IMG/VR virus record: IMGVR_UViG_3300030103_004816
Strand: one strand, 5' to 3'
DNA length: 64,000 nt
From: a virus
Part shown: positions 46,797-55,991 of the stretch, piece after piece
Position numbering within the stretch: position 1 is the stretch's first letter
How the letters are laid out: every line of letters begins with the position of its first letter
Made by a program: the position numbers and the translations under genes
The notes under the pieces: generated by a model
What the model was told of the DNA's origin: nothing
The model's database searches: none
The model's input: the letters and a program-made list of their open reading frames with translations, nothing else

Positions 46797-48264
46797 TTAA
46801 TTTAACCTGATATATTTTATAATCAAACTTCTCGTCGTTATAATATTTTATTCTTTCCGCGCTATGTTGTAAAGTATAGTTACGTCTCTTACCATGTGAA
46901 AGGTCATCAGAGATATCGAATAGAGTAGCCTTGTCTTTAGTATCAGAAGTTCTTAAACCTCTACCTATAGATTGTAGTACTCGTATTTTCGACTTAGACG
47001 GAGACGCAAAGATAATATTATTTAGGTTACGTATATTAATACCTGTTGAGAAGGTACCATACGAAGCAACTATGACAGCGTCTTTCTCATCTTCGACTAC
47101 TGATCTAATATTTTCTCTTATCTTAGCGTTTACTTCACCACTTACAAAGAAAAACTGTCTATCAAATAAGTCTTTCTTTTGTTGTTCTATTAAGTTATTA
47201 TATAATACTTTCCCGTGTTTTTCAACTAGTTGAAATAATACTAGAGTATTACCTTTCATAGATAGTATTAAGTTCTGAATAAATTTAGCTCTTGCTTCTG
47301 AATTAACTATATAGTCCATCTCTTCTTGATAAGTAGATTTTTTAAGTAGAGCACATTCTGATTTAGGATATGATAAAGCAATACATTTTATTTTAAGATC
47401 AGCTAAGGTACCTTTATCCATTAGTTCTTTTGAAGTAGTAACTTTTTTAACTGCACCAAATAAGCCTTCCAATACTAACTTATGAGTCATAGTACCATCT
47501 AATGTTCCAGTAAAGCCATATCTATACTCACAATCTTCTAGTTTAGTCATAATAGAAGTCAAAGACTTAGACTTAAAATTATGAGCTTCATCTCCCATAA
47601 CACACTTAAATTGATTGAACCATGGCTTAGGCATTTTATATATAGACTGCCAAGTAGATACTACTATATCTTCTATAATATCATTACGCCAAGACTTATC
47701 TTGTGTACCATCAATAACTCTTATATTATTTTCATATCCATATGACTTAAAATCAGATTGCATTTGATATACTAGCGAAGTAGTAGGAACTATTACTAAT
47801 ATTTTTTTCTTTGTCTCTATCATCTTCTTAGCTAGAAGATATATGATTAATGATTTACCTGAAGCGGTAGGTGATAGAAGTAAAGCTCTTCTAGTTCTCA
47901 TAGCATGAGCAAAAGCTTCTACTTGATAATCTCTTGGTTCTAAATTAGTTGCTTGTTTACAGAAGTCGTATGCTTCTTTTACTGAATAACTATCATCATG
48001 CAACTCATCATCTAAGTCTACTTCATAATCTCTATCATAAGCAAACTTTCTTATGTAAGGAGTTAAGCCAGCATATAATCTTTGAGTAGCTACGTTAAAT
48101 AATCTTATCTTACCATCCCAGAATTTATTTCTAACCTGGGGCATAAATTTAGCATTAGGTATTGTAAACGTAAAATATTCTTGCAGCTCATATGCAATGC
48201 CTGGTTCACAATCAACTTTAACGTATGCTTCGTTAAACTTTTCTACGAATATTTTCTCTGTCAT
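46789..48264 (-). CDS. uvsW: SF2 helicase UvsW
   Basis: PRDYQ, SPTASGKS, DEAH, QSIGRGLR. Confidence 0.96.
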   Translation of the reverse strand: MTEKIFVEKFNEAYVKVDCEPGIAYELQEYFTFTIPNAKFMPQVRNKFWDGKIRLFNVATQRLYAGLTPYIRKFAYDRDYEVDLDDELHDDSYSVKEAYDFCKQATNLEPRDYQVEAFAHAMRTRRALLLSPTASGKSLIIYLLAKKMIETKKKILVIVPTTSLVYQMQSDFKSYGYENNIRVIDGTQDKSWRNDIIEDIVVSTWQSIYKMPKPWFNQFKCVMGDEAHNFKSKSLTSIMTKLEDCEYRYGFTGTLDGTMTHKLVLEGLFGAVKKVTTSKELMDKGTLADLKIKCIALSYPKSECALLKKSTYQEEMDYIVNSEARAKFIQNLILSMKGNTLVLFQLVEKHGKVLYNNLIEQQKKDLFDRQFFFVSGEVNAKIRENIRSVVEDEKDAVIVASYGTFSTGINIRNLNNIIFASPSKSKIRVLQSIGRGLRTSDTKDKATLFDISDDLSHGKRRNYTLQHSAERIKYYNDEKFDYKIYQVKLNV

Positions 48265-48661
48265 ATACTTTCTTTCTGAGGCTCGTAGTAGAGAAGTTAT
48301 GATCTCTATTATTAAAGTATAACTTTATGCCTCTTTTTTGGCAGATTTCTTTTCCAGTAAATTCTTTATTTCTATATTCATCACCTAAGATTCTAACATC
48401 AATAGGTAACATACTTATTATATCTAGTAGATCACTCTCAGTCACGTAAGGAATAATTTCGTCTACATAACTTATAGCTTGTAGTTGAGTATATCTTTCT
48501 ACTATTGTTTGAATTGGTTTATTTTTTTCTGCTCTATCTAGAGAAGGATCAACCTGTAATCCACATATTAGATAATCACATTGTGACTTAGCTTCTCTTA
48601 ACATAGCTATATGCCCAGCATGAAGTAAATCAAAAGCAGAACAAGTAAAGCCAGTTATCAT
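48233..48661 (-). CDS. tagD: Glycerol-3-phosphate cytidylyltransferase-like
   Basis: FDLLHAGH, YVDEII, RDHNFSTT. Confidence 0.85.
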   Translation of the reverse strand: MITGFTCSAFDLLHAGHIAMLREAKSQCDYLICGLQVDPSLDRAEKNKPIQTIVERYTQLQAISYVDEIIPYVTESDLLDIISMLPIDVRILGDEYRNKEFTGKEICQKRGIKLYFNNRDHNFSTTSLRKKVYDRENIRRKV

Positions 48662-49374
48662 TTATATTTCCTTGCTATCATATTGCTGCTTAGTACACCA
48701 GCAAATAAAGTATCGTCTGTAAGTGTCTGATAGTGAGTAGTATCTTTAGGTAAGCATTTACCACCAAAGCCAAACTTACCGTCAGGCCCAGGTACATCTA
48801 AATGAGTAGTAGGATCAATATTATTTTTAAGTAGCTCTTTAACTGTATAGTAATTAACATTATACTTATTACAATTATCATTTAGTATATTAGCATAAGT
48901 AACTTTCATACTTAGGAAGGCATTTCGTGACATTTTAAACATAGCAGCTTCTTTAGCTGTTACTTCTTTTACATCTACGAAACTTTTTAACCAAAAACTA
49001 AATGCACTAGAACCAGATTTACCAATAACGTTTTCTACTTCGGGTTGCGATAACTGATCTTCCCAAGTTATCTCTCTTAAAAATTCTGGCCACATAGTTG
49101 GTTCATCAAACTCATCTACTTGATCAGGTCCTATAGTTGATCTTATTATTTGTTCACCTTTCCATTTACCATACTCACTCTTAAGTATAGATATATCTAA
49201 TTTATTTCCGTCTAGGTTAGTAGGTAAACAATAAAATACAAAATCATATTCATAATCAGGAGCTTTAACTCCTTGATCAGGATCATGTAAATAAATTTCT
49301 AGATTTTTAAAGTTCTCTAGGTACTTGGTTGTTGCTTTACCAACGAAACCATTACCTATTATAACACAATTCAT
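48658..49374 (-). CDS. UDP-glucose/GDP-mannose dehydrogenase-like (short form)
   Basis: GNGFVG, LPT, RST, PEFL, GFGGKCLPKD. Confidence 0.88.
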   Translation of the reverse strand: MNCVIIGNGFVGKATTKYLENFKNLEIYLHDPDQGVKAPDYEYDFVFYCLPTNLDGNKLDISILKSEYGKWKGEQIIRSTIGPDQVDEFDEPTMWPEFLREITWEDQLSQPEVENVIGKSGSSAFSFWLKSFVDVKEVTAKEAAMFKMSRNAFLSMKVTYANILNDNCNKYNVNYYTVKELLKNNIDPTTHLDVPGPDGKFGFGGKCLPKDTTHYQTLTDDTLFAGVLSSNMIARKYK

Positions 49375-49583
49375 TCAGGTTTATTCTCCTCAATCCATTC
49401 TTCCATTCCATGGTATTGCGGAACGTTCTTTAACGCTTTTTCTGCTGCCCATTTAGCTTTGTATATCTTTTTCATACAAGCAAAGCCATTGAAGCCATCT
49501 ATATTAGGATCGTGCATTACACCTTCCCATAAGTTAATTGCTTCTTCTACATTCTCTATTGGTGTCTTATCAATATAAGGCAT
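49371..49583 (-). CDS. Hypothetical protein
   Basis: Coupled ORF. Confidence 0.6.
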   Translation of the reverse strand: MPYIDKTPIENVEEAINLWEGVMHDPNIDGFNGFACMKKIYKAKWAAEKALKNVPQYHGMEEWIEENKPE

Positions 49584-50020
49584 TAGATTCCTCCCATCTT
49601 AAATTTTTCCCAATCAATAGCAGCTCTTAAATTATAACCTCTAGTATTAAGTGAACGTATAGCACTATCTAAGAAATCTACTTTCTCTTTCTGGTATGCT
49701 ATCTTAAGATTAAGATCGACTATATCTTTATCTGCGTCTATATATTGAGGTATATCTGCTCTTAGTATTTTTAATGGGTTGGGTTCCCATCCTAGATCTG
49801 TAAGATCTTCATAGTCCATAGAACCACTAAACCATTCATACTTTTGTTTCTTGAGTACTTTAGCATCTTCTTCTAGTTTTCTAAGAGTAAGTCTCTCAGT
49901 AGAATAAAATTTAAAGTACTTAGAATGTAGTTGTGGTATTTTGATAGCCTCATTTCCGAGTTCAGTTCTATCTATCTCAGAGTCGGCTTTCCAGTTTTCG
50001 AGTAGTTCATCCAGAGTCAT
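49583..50020 (-). CDS. uvsY: Recombination mediator UvsY
   Basis: W..DS.ID, IPQLHSKY, YIDAD, AIDW.KF. Confidence 0.93.
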   Translation of the reverse strand: MTLDELLENWKADSEIDRTELGNEAIKIPQLHSKYFKFYSTERLTLRKLEEDAKVLKKQKYEWFSGSMDYEDLTDLGWEPNPLKILRADIPQYIDADKDIVDLNLKIAYQKEKVDFLDSAIRSLNTRGYNLRAAIDWEKFKMGGI

Positions 50021-50026
50021 ATTATA

Positions 50027-50055
50027 ATTATAAGAGCTTTTTAGTCTGAAATCAA
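50027..50055 (-). promoter_or_regulatory. Sigma70-type promoter for uvsY
   Basis: TTGATT-17-TATAAT, 6 nt before ATG. Confidence 0.75.
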
Positions 50056-50580
50056 CTCTATTTCAAACTTTTCATATCTAAAAGAAGCAACACATTCTAT
50101 ATAAGAAACATCACCAGCTCTTAAGTCAAAAGCTAATTCAGAAAGTGTTGAAGGAAATAATCCAGTAAATTTAACTTTTATATTGGCATTAGTATTACTG
50201 TTATGTATAATAAGAGTACCATCTGAAAGTATCTCATTATCTCCGCTAGGGTTTTTTCTTCTATCTTGGTCATCAAGAGCTTTATACTGTTCAAAGCTTT
50301 CTGGGAAACCTAGAGCTTCTATCCAGTTAAACAATTCCCTATAAGATTCCATTTGTTCATCAACTCTAAATCCAATCTGGAATTCAGTAAAGTCAATATG
50401 ATCACCTGCTTGCGGTAGCTTAACAAACGGGGTTGGTACTTCAGCTGCGTTTAAGGATACAGCAGGAAGCAATACACTCTGAACAAAAAAGTTAACATTA
50501 GGCATTTTGTTTACAATAAATGTAAACTTAAGCGGTGATAAGAAATTTAAATTTGCTGGTTGTGTAGTTAAAGCTGCCAT
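50041..50580 (-). CDS. 3: Tail completion / tube terminator gp3
   Basis: NFLSPLKF.F, PNVNFFVQ, F.VDE, FP..LS. Confidence 0.88.
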   Translation of the reverse strand: MAALTTQPANLNFLSPLKFTFIVNKMPNVNFFVQSVLLPAVSLNAAEVPTPFVKLPQAGDHIDFTEFQIGFRVDEQMESYRELFNWIEALGFPESFEQYKALDDQDRRKNPSGDNEILSDGTLIIHNSNTNANIKVKFTGLFPSTLSELAFDLRAGDVSYIECVASFRYEKFEIELISD

Positions 50581-50951
50581 TATTTTACCTCGATAGTATT
50601 TATCTTATTTGGATCCAATGATACAGATACACCACATCCACATGCTGATACTTCTCTTGGGTTTTTAATTTTAAAGAATGAATTAAGGCCTTGTACTTCG
50701 TATGCTATAACAGAACCACCTAGATAATTAGCTGACATAGGATCCATTACTACTTTAAATTTACCAAAGTCTACGAGAAGATCTTGCTCACTAACATCAT
50801 CATCCCATTTAAAAATATACTCATAGCCAGCGCAACCACCACCAGTGATACCAATACGAATAGTATTTCGGCCTTCATCTTCCGACTTCTTAACCGCTTC
50901 AACCAGAGCTTCATTTGTAAAATCTATTAGCACCCTTTTTTCTTCTCCCAA
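50580..50951 (-). CDS. iscA: A-type Fe-S carrier (IscA/SufA/ErpA)
   Basis: GGGCAGYEY, NP...ACGCGVS. Confidence 0.92.
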   Translation of the reverse strand: MGEEKRVLIDFTNEALVEAVKKSEDEGRNTIRIGITGGGCAGYEYIFKWDDDVSEQDLLVDFGKFKVVMDPMSANYLGGSVIAYEVQGLNSFFKIKNPREVSACGCGVSVSLDPNKINTIEVK

Positions 50952-51328
50952 TCTTCTATAGCTTTTTTTATACTATCTTCTGCTAAGACACTACAATGTA
51001 GTTTGATTGGAGGTAATTTTAATGCTTCGGCTATATCTTTATCTTTTACTTGCTTTGCTTCTTCTATAGTTCTGCCTTTAAGCATTTCTACAAACATAGT
51101 AGACGATGCAATAGCTGAGCCACAGCCGTATGTTTTGAACTTAACGTCTATTATTCTTTCTTCTTCATCTAGTTTAAGTTGTAGCTTCATAACGTCACCA
51201 CATGCAGGTGCACCAGTCATACCAGTAGCTACGTTTGGATCATTAGGATCGAAACGACCGACAGAGAACTGCTTAGGTGAATTAAGCACCTGTTCGAATC
51301 TATCTACAACTTCTTTACTGTATGCCAT
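50927..51328 (-). CDS. iscU: Fe-S scaffold IscU
   Basis: GAPACGDVMKLQ, FKTYGCGSAIASS, LPPIKLHCS. Confidence 0.96.
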   Translation of the reverse strand: MAYSKEVVDRFEQVLNSPKQFSVGRFDPNDPNVATGMTGAPACGDVMKLQLKLDEEERIIDVKFKTYGCGSAIASSTMFVEMLKGRTIEEAKQVKDKDIAEALKLPPIKLHCSVLAEDSIKKAIEDWEKKKGC

Positions 51329-51611
51329 TCTTCTTTTCTAAGTCCTCTATTCTTTTTATTAAAGCAGGATAAACATCAAACTCATGTAACTCTTTACAAG
51401 GATGACTATTCTTTTCTAGAATTATTATTCTATTCATTATACCGGGATACTTATCATAGAACTTTTTCTCTTGCTTTATTAAGTCAATACCAAGCTTATC
51501 TTCACACCACTTATCTAACTTTAACAGATACGGATTAAGAAAAGACAATGCACCAGTAGAGACTAGTCTTAAGATAATAGTTTTAAATATTTTAATAAGA
51601 AATGATATCAT
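51315..51611 (-). CDS. Hypothetical protein
   Basis: First gene after sigma70 promoter. Confidence 0.55.
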   Translation of the reverse strand: MISFLIKIFKTIILRLVSTGALSFLNPYLLKLDKWCEDKLGIDLIKQEKKFYDKYPGIMNRIIILEKNSHPCKELHEFDVYPALIKRIEDLEKKNGIQ

Positions 51612-51636
51612 AGTATCTGACCCTACTACATAGACG

Positions 51637-51665
51637 ATTATACTGTCTAATTATTCTAATTGCAA
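51637..51665 (-). promoter_or_regulatory. Sigma70-type promoter for the iscU/iscA unit
   Basis: TTGCAA-17-TATAAT. Confidence 0.7.
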
Positions 51666-51685
51666 CTATATTTAGGCAAAAAGAC

Positions 51686-51713
51686 AAAAAAAGAGCCCAA
51701 AAAGGGCTCTTTT
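51686..51713 (-). terminator. Intrinsic terminator after gp23
   Basis: AAAAGAGCCC-TTTTT-GGGCTCTTTTTTT. Confidence 0.88.
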
Positions 51714-51730
51714 AGTATAAGTAACCGAGA

Positions 51731-53074
51731 TTACATTATGTTGTTAACAAGTACTCGTCTGTAATATACATTTGAGTCTTTTGTTAATGCACCATTACCG
51801 TATGCTGTACCTTCAGCAAATGGGTTAGCAACAACACCATACCTAGTTTTGAAACCAATCTTAGGTTGGAAAGTGTTCTCACCAACTGCTCTAACCATTT
51901 GTAGAGGAACATATGGGCAATAGAATATACCAGCATCAAATGCTGATGATCCTTTATATCCTAATGTGTAATAGTTACCAGTAGTATATGGATCAATGTA
52001 TACTCTATATCTTCCGTTCAATACACCAGCAAAAGTATTACCAGTATCATCTACTTGTAAGTTATTAGAGTTAAGTGCAGGAGTGTAATCCAATACGCCA
52101 GCCATTTGAAGAGCTGAAGCTACGTCAGAAGATGTAATAAGGACATTACCCTTTCCTCTTCTTGTATCTTTCGCGATTTGGTTTGCATCCCTTTCAATTT
52201 GGAACATTAAGCCTTTGAACTTCTCAACAGACCATCTACCATTTGAATCAGTATCTAAATCAAATGTTCCTGATGTTGTTGTGTCGACTGTAGCACCTTG
52301 CTTAGCAACAATGTTAATTGTTCTAATAATCTCTCTGTTGATTTCTGCTAAGATTTCAGTAGAAAGAATATTTGCTAATTCAGTTTCTGCGTCTAGTCCA
52401 TGGATAGCTCTTAAATCTTGAGCAAGTTCCATTGAGTATTCAGCTTTTAAAGCTCTACTTTGAGCTGTTACACTTACCTTCTCGATTGAGAATGCCATCT
52501 CTGGGAAAGCAATATTACTTGCATTACCTAAAGCTTCAGCTTGGTTAGTTGACATACCATCGCCATAGTTATAAGCACCTGTCTCAGCGTTATTAGCTGC
52601 TACTGGAACTGTACCGACGTGTTTGTCACCTTGTGTATTAGCATCTGCAGTTCTTGTTGCAAAAGCTGTATCTGCTTCGTTATAAAATGCTTCAGTAGCT
52701 GAGTTAGCCATTGAGCTGTACTTAGATCTCATTGCGAAGATAAGACCTGTAGGACCACTCATAGGTTGAACACCACACATGTCATAAGCGACAAGGTTAG
52801 GCATTGCTCTACGTACTAAGCTTATTAAAACAGGATCATAGTTCTGTACACCGTCACCGAAACCAGCAGTACCAGTTGCGTTGACAGGAGTATGTGTTCC
52901 TGCTTCAGCGAGAAGAGATTGTTGAGAGTATGAGCTTCCTTCTCTTAAAGCTATCTCTGTATTTTCTAATAGTTGAGCTGTAACTGCACGCTTGTGAGTA
53001 TCACCAATAGATGGTAGATCTTCGTGCTCAAGAATTGGCTGCCACTTCTCAACTAGATTTGTATTAAGGTCCAT
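51731..53074 (-). CDS. 23: Major capsid protein gp23
   Basis: KWQPILEH, GVQPMSGPTGLIFAMR, YCPYVPL, FQPKIGFKTRYG. Confidence 0.98.
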   Translation of the reverse strand: MDLNTNLVEKWQPILEHEDLPSIGDTHKRAVTAQLLENTEIALREGSSYSQQSLLAEAGTHTPVNATGTAGFGDGVQNYDPVLISLVRRAMPNLVAYDMCGVQPMSGPTGLIFAMRSKYSSMANSATEAFYNEADTAFATRTADANTQGDKHVGTVPVAANNAETGAYNYGDGMSTNQAEALGNASNIAFPEMAFSIEKVSVTAQSRALKAEYSMELAQDLRAIHGLDAETELANILSTEILAEINREIIRTINIVAKQGATVDTTTSGTFDLDTDSNGRWSVEKFKGLMFQIERDANQIAKDTRRGKGNVLITSSDVASALQMAGVLDYTPALNSNNLQVDDTGNTFAGVLNGRYRVYIDPYTTGNYYTLGYKGSSAFDAGIFYCPYVPLQMVRAVGENTFQPKIGFKTRYGVVANPFAEGTAYGNGALTKDSNVYYRRVLVNNIM

Positions 53075-53114
53075 TATAGTTCTCCTGTAATTTTTACCCT
53101 ATTCTTCATTATAT

Positions 53115-54140
53115 TTATTTTTTTACGGTACGCGAAATTGCACCGGCATATGATTCCATTAAAGGATCCACTGCAGCCTTTTTCTCTGCTTCTTCTTCGA
53201 TAGGGGTCTCATCAACCTCTTCCGCAATTACGCTCTTGTTCGAAGCAAAGTATTGCTCTTTAATAACGTTAAGCTTTTGCTCAAAATCATCAAAGGTTTC
53301 ATACTCAATGCCTTCTGCTAAAGCAAAAAGCTTTTCCTTTTCTGTTAGTGTTAAGTCCTCAGCGCTTTCAATTACTAAGTCCTTACACATAAGGCTCTCA
53401 ATATCGTTTTTCAACTCTATGTTTTCTTTTAGAGTTGAATTGACTTCTTCTTCTAATGCATCGACTTTTGCTAATGCATCAGAGGCTAGATCTAATTTGT
53501 CTTCTGGAAGTGAAACGTAGTTTTCTTCAAATAGTGATTTAATACCACTCATGAAGTTTTCTGCAATTTCTACTTTAATAGCAGACTCTATTGCTACTTC
53601 GTTTTCTTTCATCCATTCTTCAGAAACATAAGATAGATACTGATCAATTTTTTCGTTAGATTCTTGAACGAATGATTCTTTAGCTTCTTCTAATTTAGCT
53701 TCGAACTCTTCTTCAAGTTTAACTTGTTCAGCTACCAGTCTTGCATTTACTGAAGCAGTGAAAATAGTTTCTGCTTTATCTAAGAACTCTTCAGCTAGAT
53801 CTTCACCAGCGAAAATTTCTTCAACATCTTCTCTCATACCTTTAGCAGAGATAGATGCCATATTCTTTGCAGAATTATTTGGAGCACTTTTTCCAAAAAT
53901 AGTAGCATAAGCGTCATTGACTCCAGATTTACTGAAACCAGATAGCTTTTGTACAACAGCTCCGATCATGCCAGCTCTTGAGAGGGTTGGCATTGCCTTT
54001 TCACCATTCTCTTTATCTGCTGGTCTTTTATTGCTTTTTGTAGGAACAGGATCGGCGACCATAGACGCGTCAGCCGTAGCCTTGAACTCGTCAAGCTGAG
54101 CTGTGTCTTCGCTTACTGCTTCTAATTCTTTATCAGCCAT
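53115..54140 (-). CDS. 22: Prohead scaffold gp22
   Basis: Acidic coiled coil, YLSYVSEEWMKENEVAIE; synteny. Confidence 0.93.
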   Translation of the reverse strand: MADKELEAVSEDTAQLDEFKATADASMVADPVPTKSNKRPADKENGEKAMPTLSRAGMIGAVVQKLSGFSKSGVNDAYATIFGKSAPNNSAKNMASISAKGMREDVEEIFAGEDLAEEFLDKAETIFTASVNARLVAEQVKLEEEFEAKLEEAKESFVQESNEKIDQYLSYVSEEWMKENEVAIESAIKVEIAENFMSGIKSLFEENYVSLPEDKLDLASDALAKVDALEEEVNSTLKENIELKNDIESLMCKDLVIESAEDLTLTEKEKLFALAEGIEYETFDDFEQKLNVIKEQYFASNKSVIAEEVDETPIEEEAEKKAAVDPLMESYAGAISRTVKK

Positions 54141-54173
54141 TTTTAGACTCCCTTAAATTAATATATTTTGTAA

Positions 54174-54181
54174 TATTTATA
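54174..54181 (-). promoter_or_regulatory. gp55 late promoter TATAAATA
   Basis: Exact consensus upstream of gp22. Confidence 0.8.
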
Positions 54182-54187
54182 AAAACC

Positions 54188-54856
54188 TTATACTAGCGAG
54201 TCAAGAAACTTCTTAAAGAACTCGACTTTTCGCTCCTGTAGCTTAGCTACGGACTTGTCACCAGTATTTTTAATGTGTTCAATAATTTCTGCTGTTCTAG
54301 ATCTCCATTGACCTTCGGCAGCATCATAAACCCATTCTGTACCTTCCATTACTCCTTTAACAAATGCATCGGGAGCGGAAGGATCAGCAACTATATCAGC
54401 TGCTGTTGCTAGCATAAAATCACCTTGAACTTCCATAACACCGTTATTTGGTTTAAGTGAACCCATACCTCTTGAAGAGACACCTAATTGGGCTCCTTCA
54501 TCCATTAGATTCTTGACGATGTTACCCATTGGAGTATCCATAATTTTGGCCTTACCAACAAAGTTATCACCATCTTCCTTCAAACTTGTAATCATATGTG
54601 AAACTCTATCTAAGTTAATTGTAGGACCAGAAGGGTGACCTAATTCACCATATGCTCTCTTAGCATCGATATTCTCTTTAATATATCGTCCTACTTCTTT
54701 AGACATTGTCTCTTTAGGATATACTCTACCATTTCTATTTTTTAAGTTAGATTGTAGGAATACTCCTTCTATAAAATAATTCTTTTTATCGCCGTCTTCT
54801 GTCGCTTCTTTTAAATAATTGACTTCGCTAAATTCTACTTCTGTAATTAACTTCAT
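54188..54856 (-). CDS. 21: Prohead protease gp21
   Basis: MKLITE, NRNGRVYP, GELGHP, GVSSRGMGS, DIVADPSAPDA. Confidence 0.97.
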   Translation of the reverse strand: MKLITEVEFSEVNYLKEATEDGDKKNYFIEGVFLQSNLKNRNGRVYPKETMSKEVGRYIKENIDAKRAYGELGHPSGPTINLDRVSHMITSLKEDGDNFVGKAKIMDTPMGNIVKNLMDEGAQLGVSSRGMGSLKPNNGVMEVQGDFMLATAADIVADPSAPDAFVKGVMEGTEWVYDAAEGQWRSRTAEIIEHIKNTGDKSVAKLQERKVEFFKKFLDSLV

Positions 54857-54857
54857 A

Positions 54858-55109
54858 TTAGTCTCCAAACCCTACAGGTGTAAATTTACCAGCTGTAGCA
54901 AAGATTTTATCTCCAGGGCTTTTAGCAAAGTAATGTGAGCCTGCTTCTACAGTAGTATTACCTATTGCTGTATTAGCACTATCTACTAATGTAACAGTTG
55001 CTGCAGCAGTATGATAGAACTTTAAAAGTCTTGCACCATCATAAGCGCTTGCACCGCCTAGGTTAGTTCCAGCTGCTGATTCGTTACCCTTAAGAATTAT
55101 TATCTTCAT
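54858..55109 (-). CDS. Small head-region protein
   Basis: Between prohead core genes and gp21. Confidence 0.6.
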   Translation of the reverse strand: MKIIILKGNESAAGTNLGGASAYDGARLLKFYHTAAATVTLVDSANTAIGNTTVEAGSHYFAKSPGDKIFATAGKFTPVGFGD

Positions 55110-55584
55110 GTTCGCCCTCTATGCTTTTGTAACAGAAATCAACTAGCTCTATAAAAGAGTCTTTTGATTGTTCTAATAGTTCTAAAAATTTGTCTTGATT
55201 GTCTTCTGATAATGAGTCAAATACTTCTAATACAACTTCAGCAGTTTCAGGATCAACGCTTAGCTCAGTTCCGTCTTCTAAAAGAATATTAGATGCTTCT
55301 TCTGATTCATAAATCCCCTCAACGGATTCTAATACAGTAGAAACTTCTGAAGCTATATCTTCATACATTGCTTCTTCTTCTTCTTTAGATAAATGAGTTA
55401 CTTTACTTGTATCTTTTTTTGCACCTCTAGCATTCAATACATTGTCAGTATCTTTTGCTGGGTATTCTTTATCTTGAATATTATCAGTATGCTTTTTCTT
55501 CCACTGCTTTTCGCCTTCAGCTTTATCTCTACCGTGATGCTTTAATTCGCCTACTGCTTCTAAAATTTCGCTAAGTCGTTTCAT
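55090..55584 (-). CDS. Prohead core protein (gp68-like)
   Basis: Start MKRLSEILE; acidic; synteny. Confidence 0.6.
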   Translation of the reverse strand: MKRLSEILEAVGELKHHGRDKAEGEKQWKKKHTDNIQDKEYPAKDTDNVLNARGAKKDTSKVTHLSKEEEEAMYEDIASEVSTVLESVEGIYESEEASNILLEDGTELSVDPETAEVVLEVFDSLSEDNQDKFLELLEQSKDSFIELVDFCYKSIEGEHEDNNS

Positions 55585-55966
55585 TTGGTTCCTCGTTTTC
55601 AACCTCTTCAGGCTCTTCAAGCTCCTCTTCTGGAGTTTCTTCTTGTTCTGGTTCTTCTGCTTCTTCAGGTTCTTCTGGAACCTCATCATTCAAAGCATCT
55701 TCAATTTCATCATCAGTAAGATCTTGATCTAAGACTTCTTCCTCATCTGGAAGTTCTTCTGCTGGCTCAGCCTTAAGGCTTTGGTCACCAAACATGTCCT
55801 TATGAACAGCGTCTTTCTTACCTGCAATAACCTGACTTACTCGGTCTAACATTTCATTATCAAAAGCCCCTTTTACTTCAAAGGGTTTATCTCCTAACGC
55901 TCCTTGTATAAGTTTATCTACATTAACGTAGTTAGGATCGTTCACTTGTTTATTATCTTCAGGCAT
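55571..55966 (-). CDS. Prohead core protein (gp67-like) with Glu/Pro-rich tail
   Basis: Directly after portal; EPEE repeats. Confidence 0.6.
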   Translation of the reverse strand: MPEDNKQVNDPNYVNVDKLIQGALGDKPFEVKGAFDNEMLDRVSQVIAGKKDAVHKDMFGDQSLKAEPAEELPDEEEVLDQDLTDDEIEDALNDEVPEEPEEAEEPEQEETPEEELEEPEEVENEEPNETT

Positions 55967-55991
55967 TATATATCTCCATTATATTTATTAT

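Noticed and set aside
55571-55760. EPEE/GAA-rich repeat as a DNA repeat element
   Set aside because: Explained by the acidic low-complexity tail of the gp67-like protein
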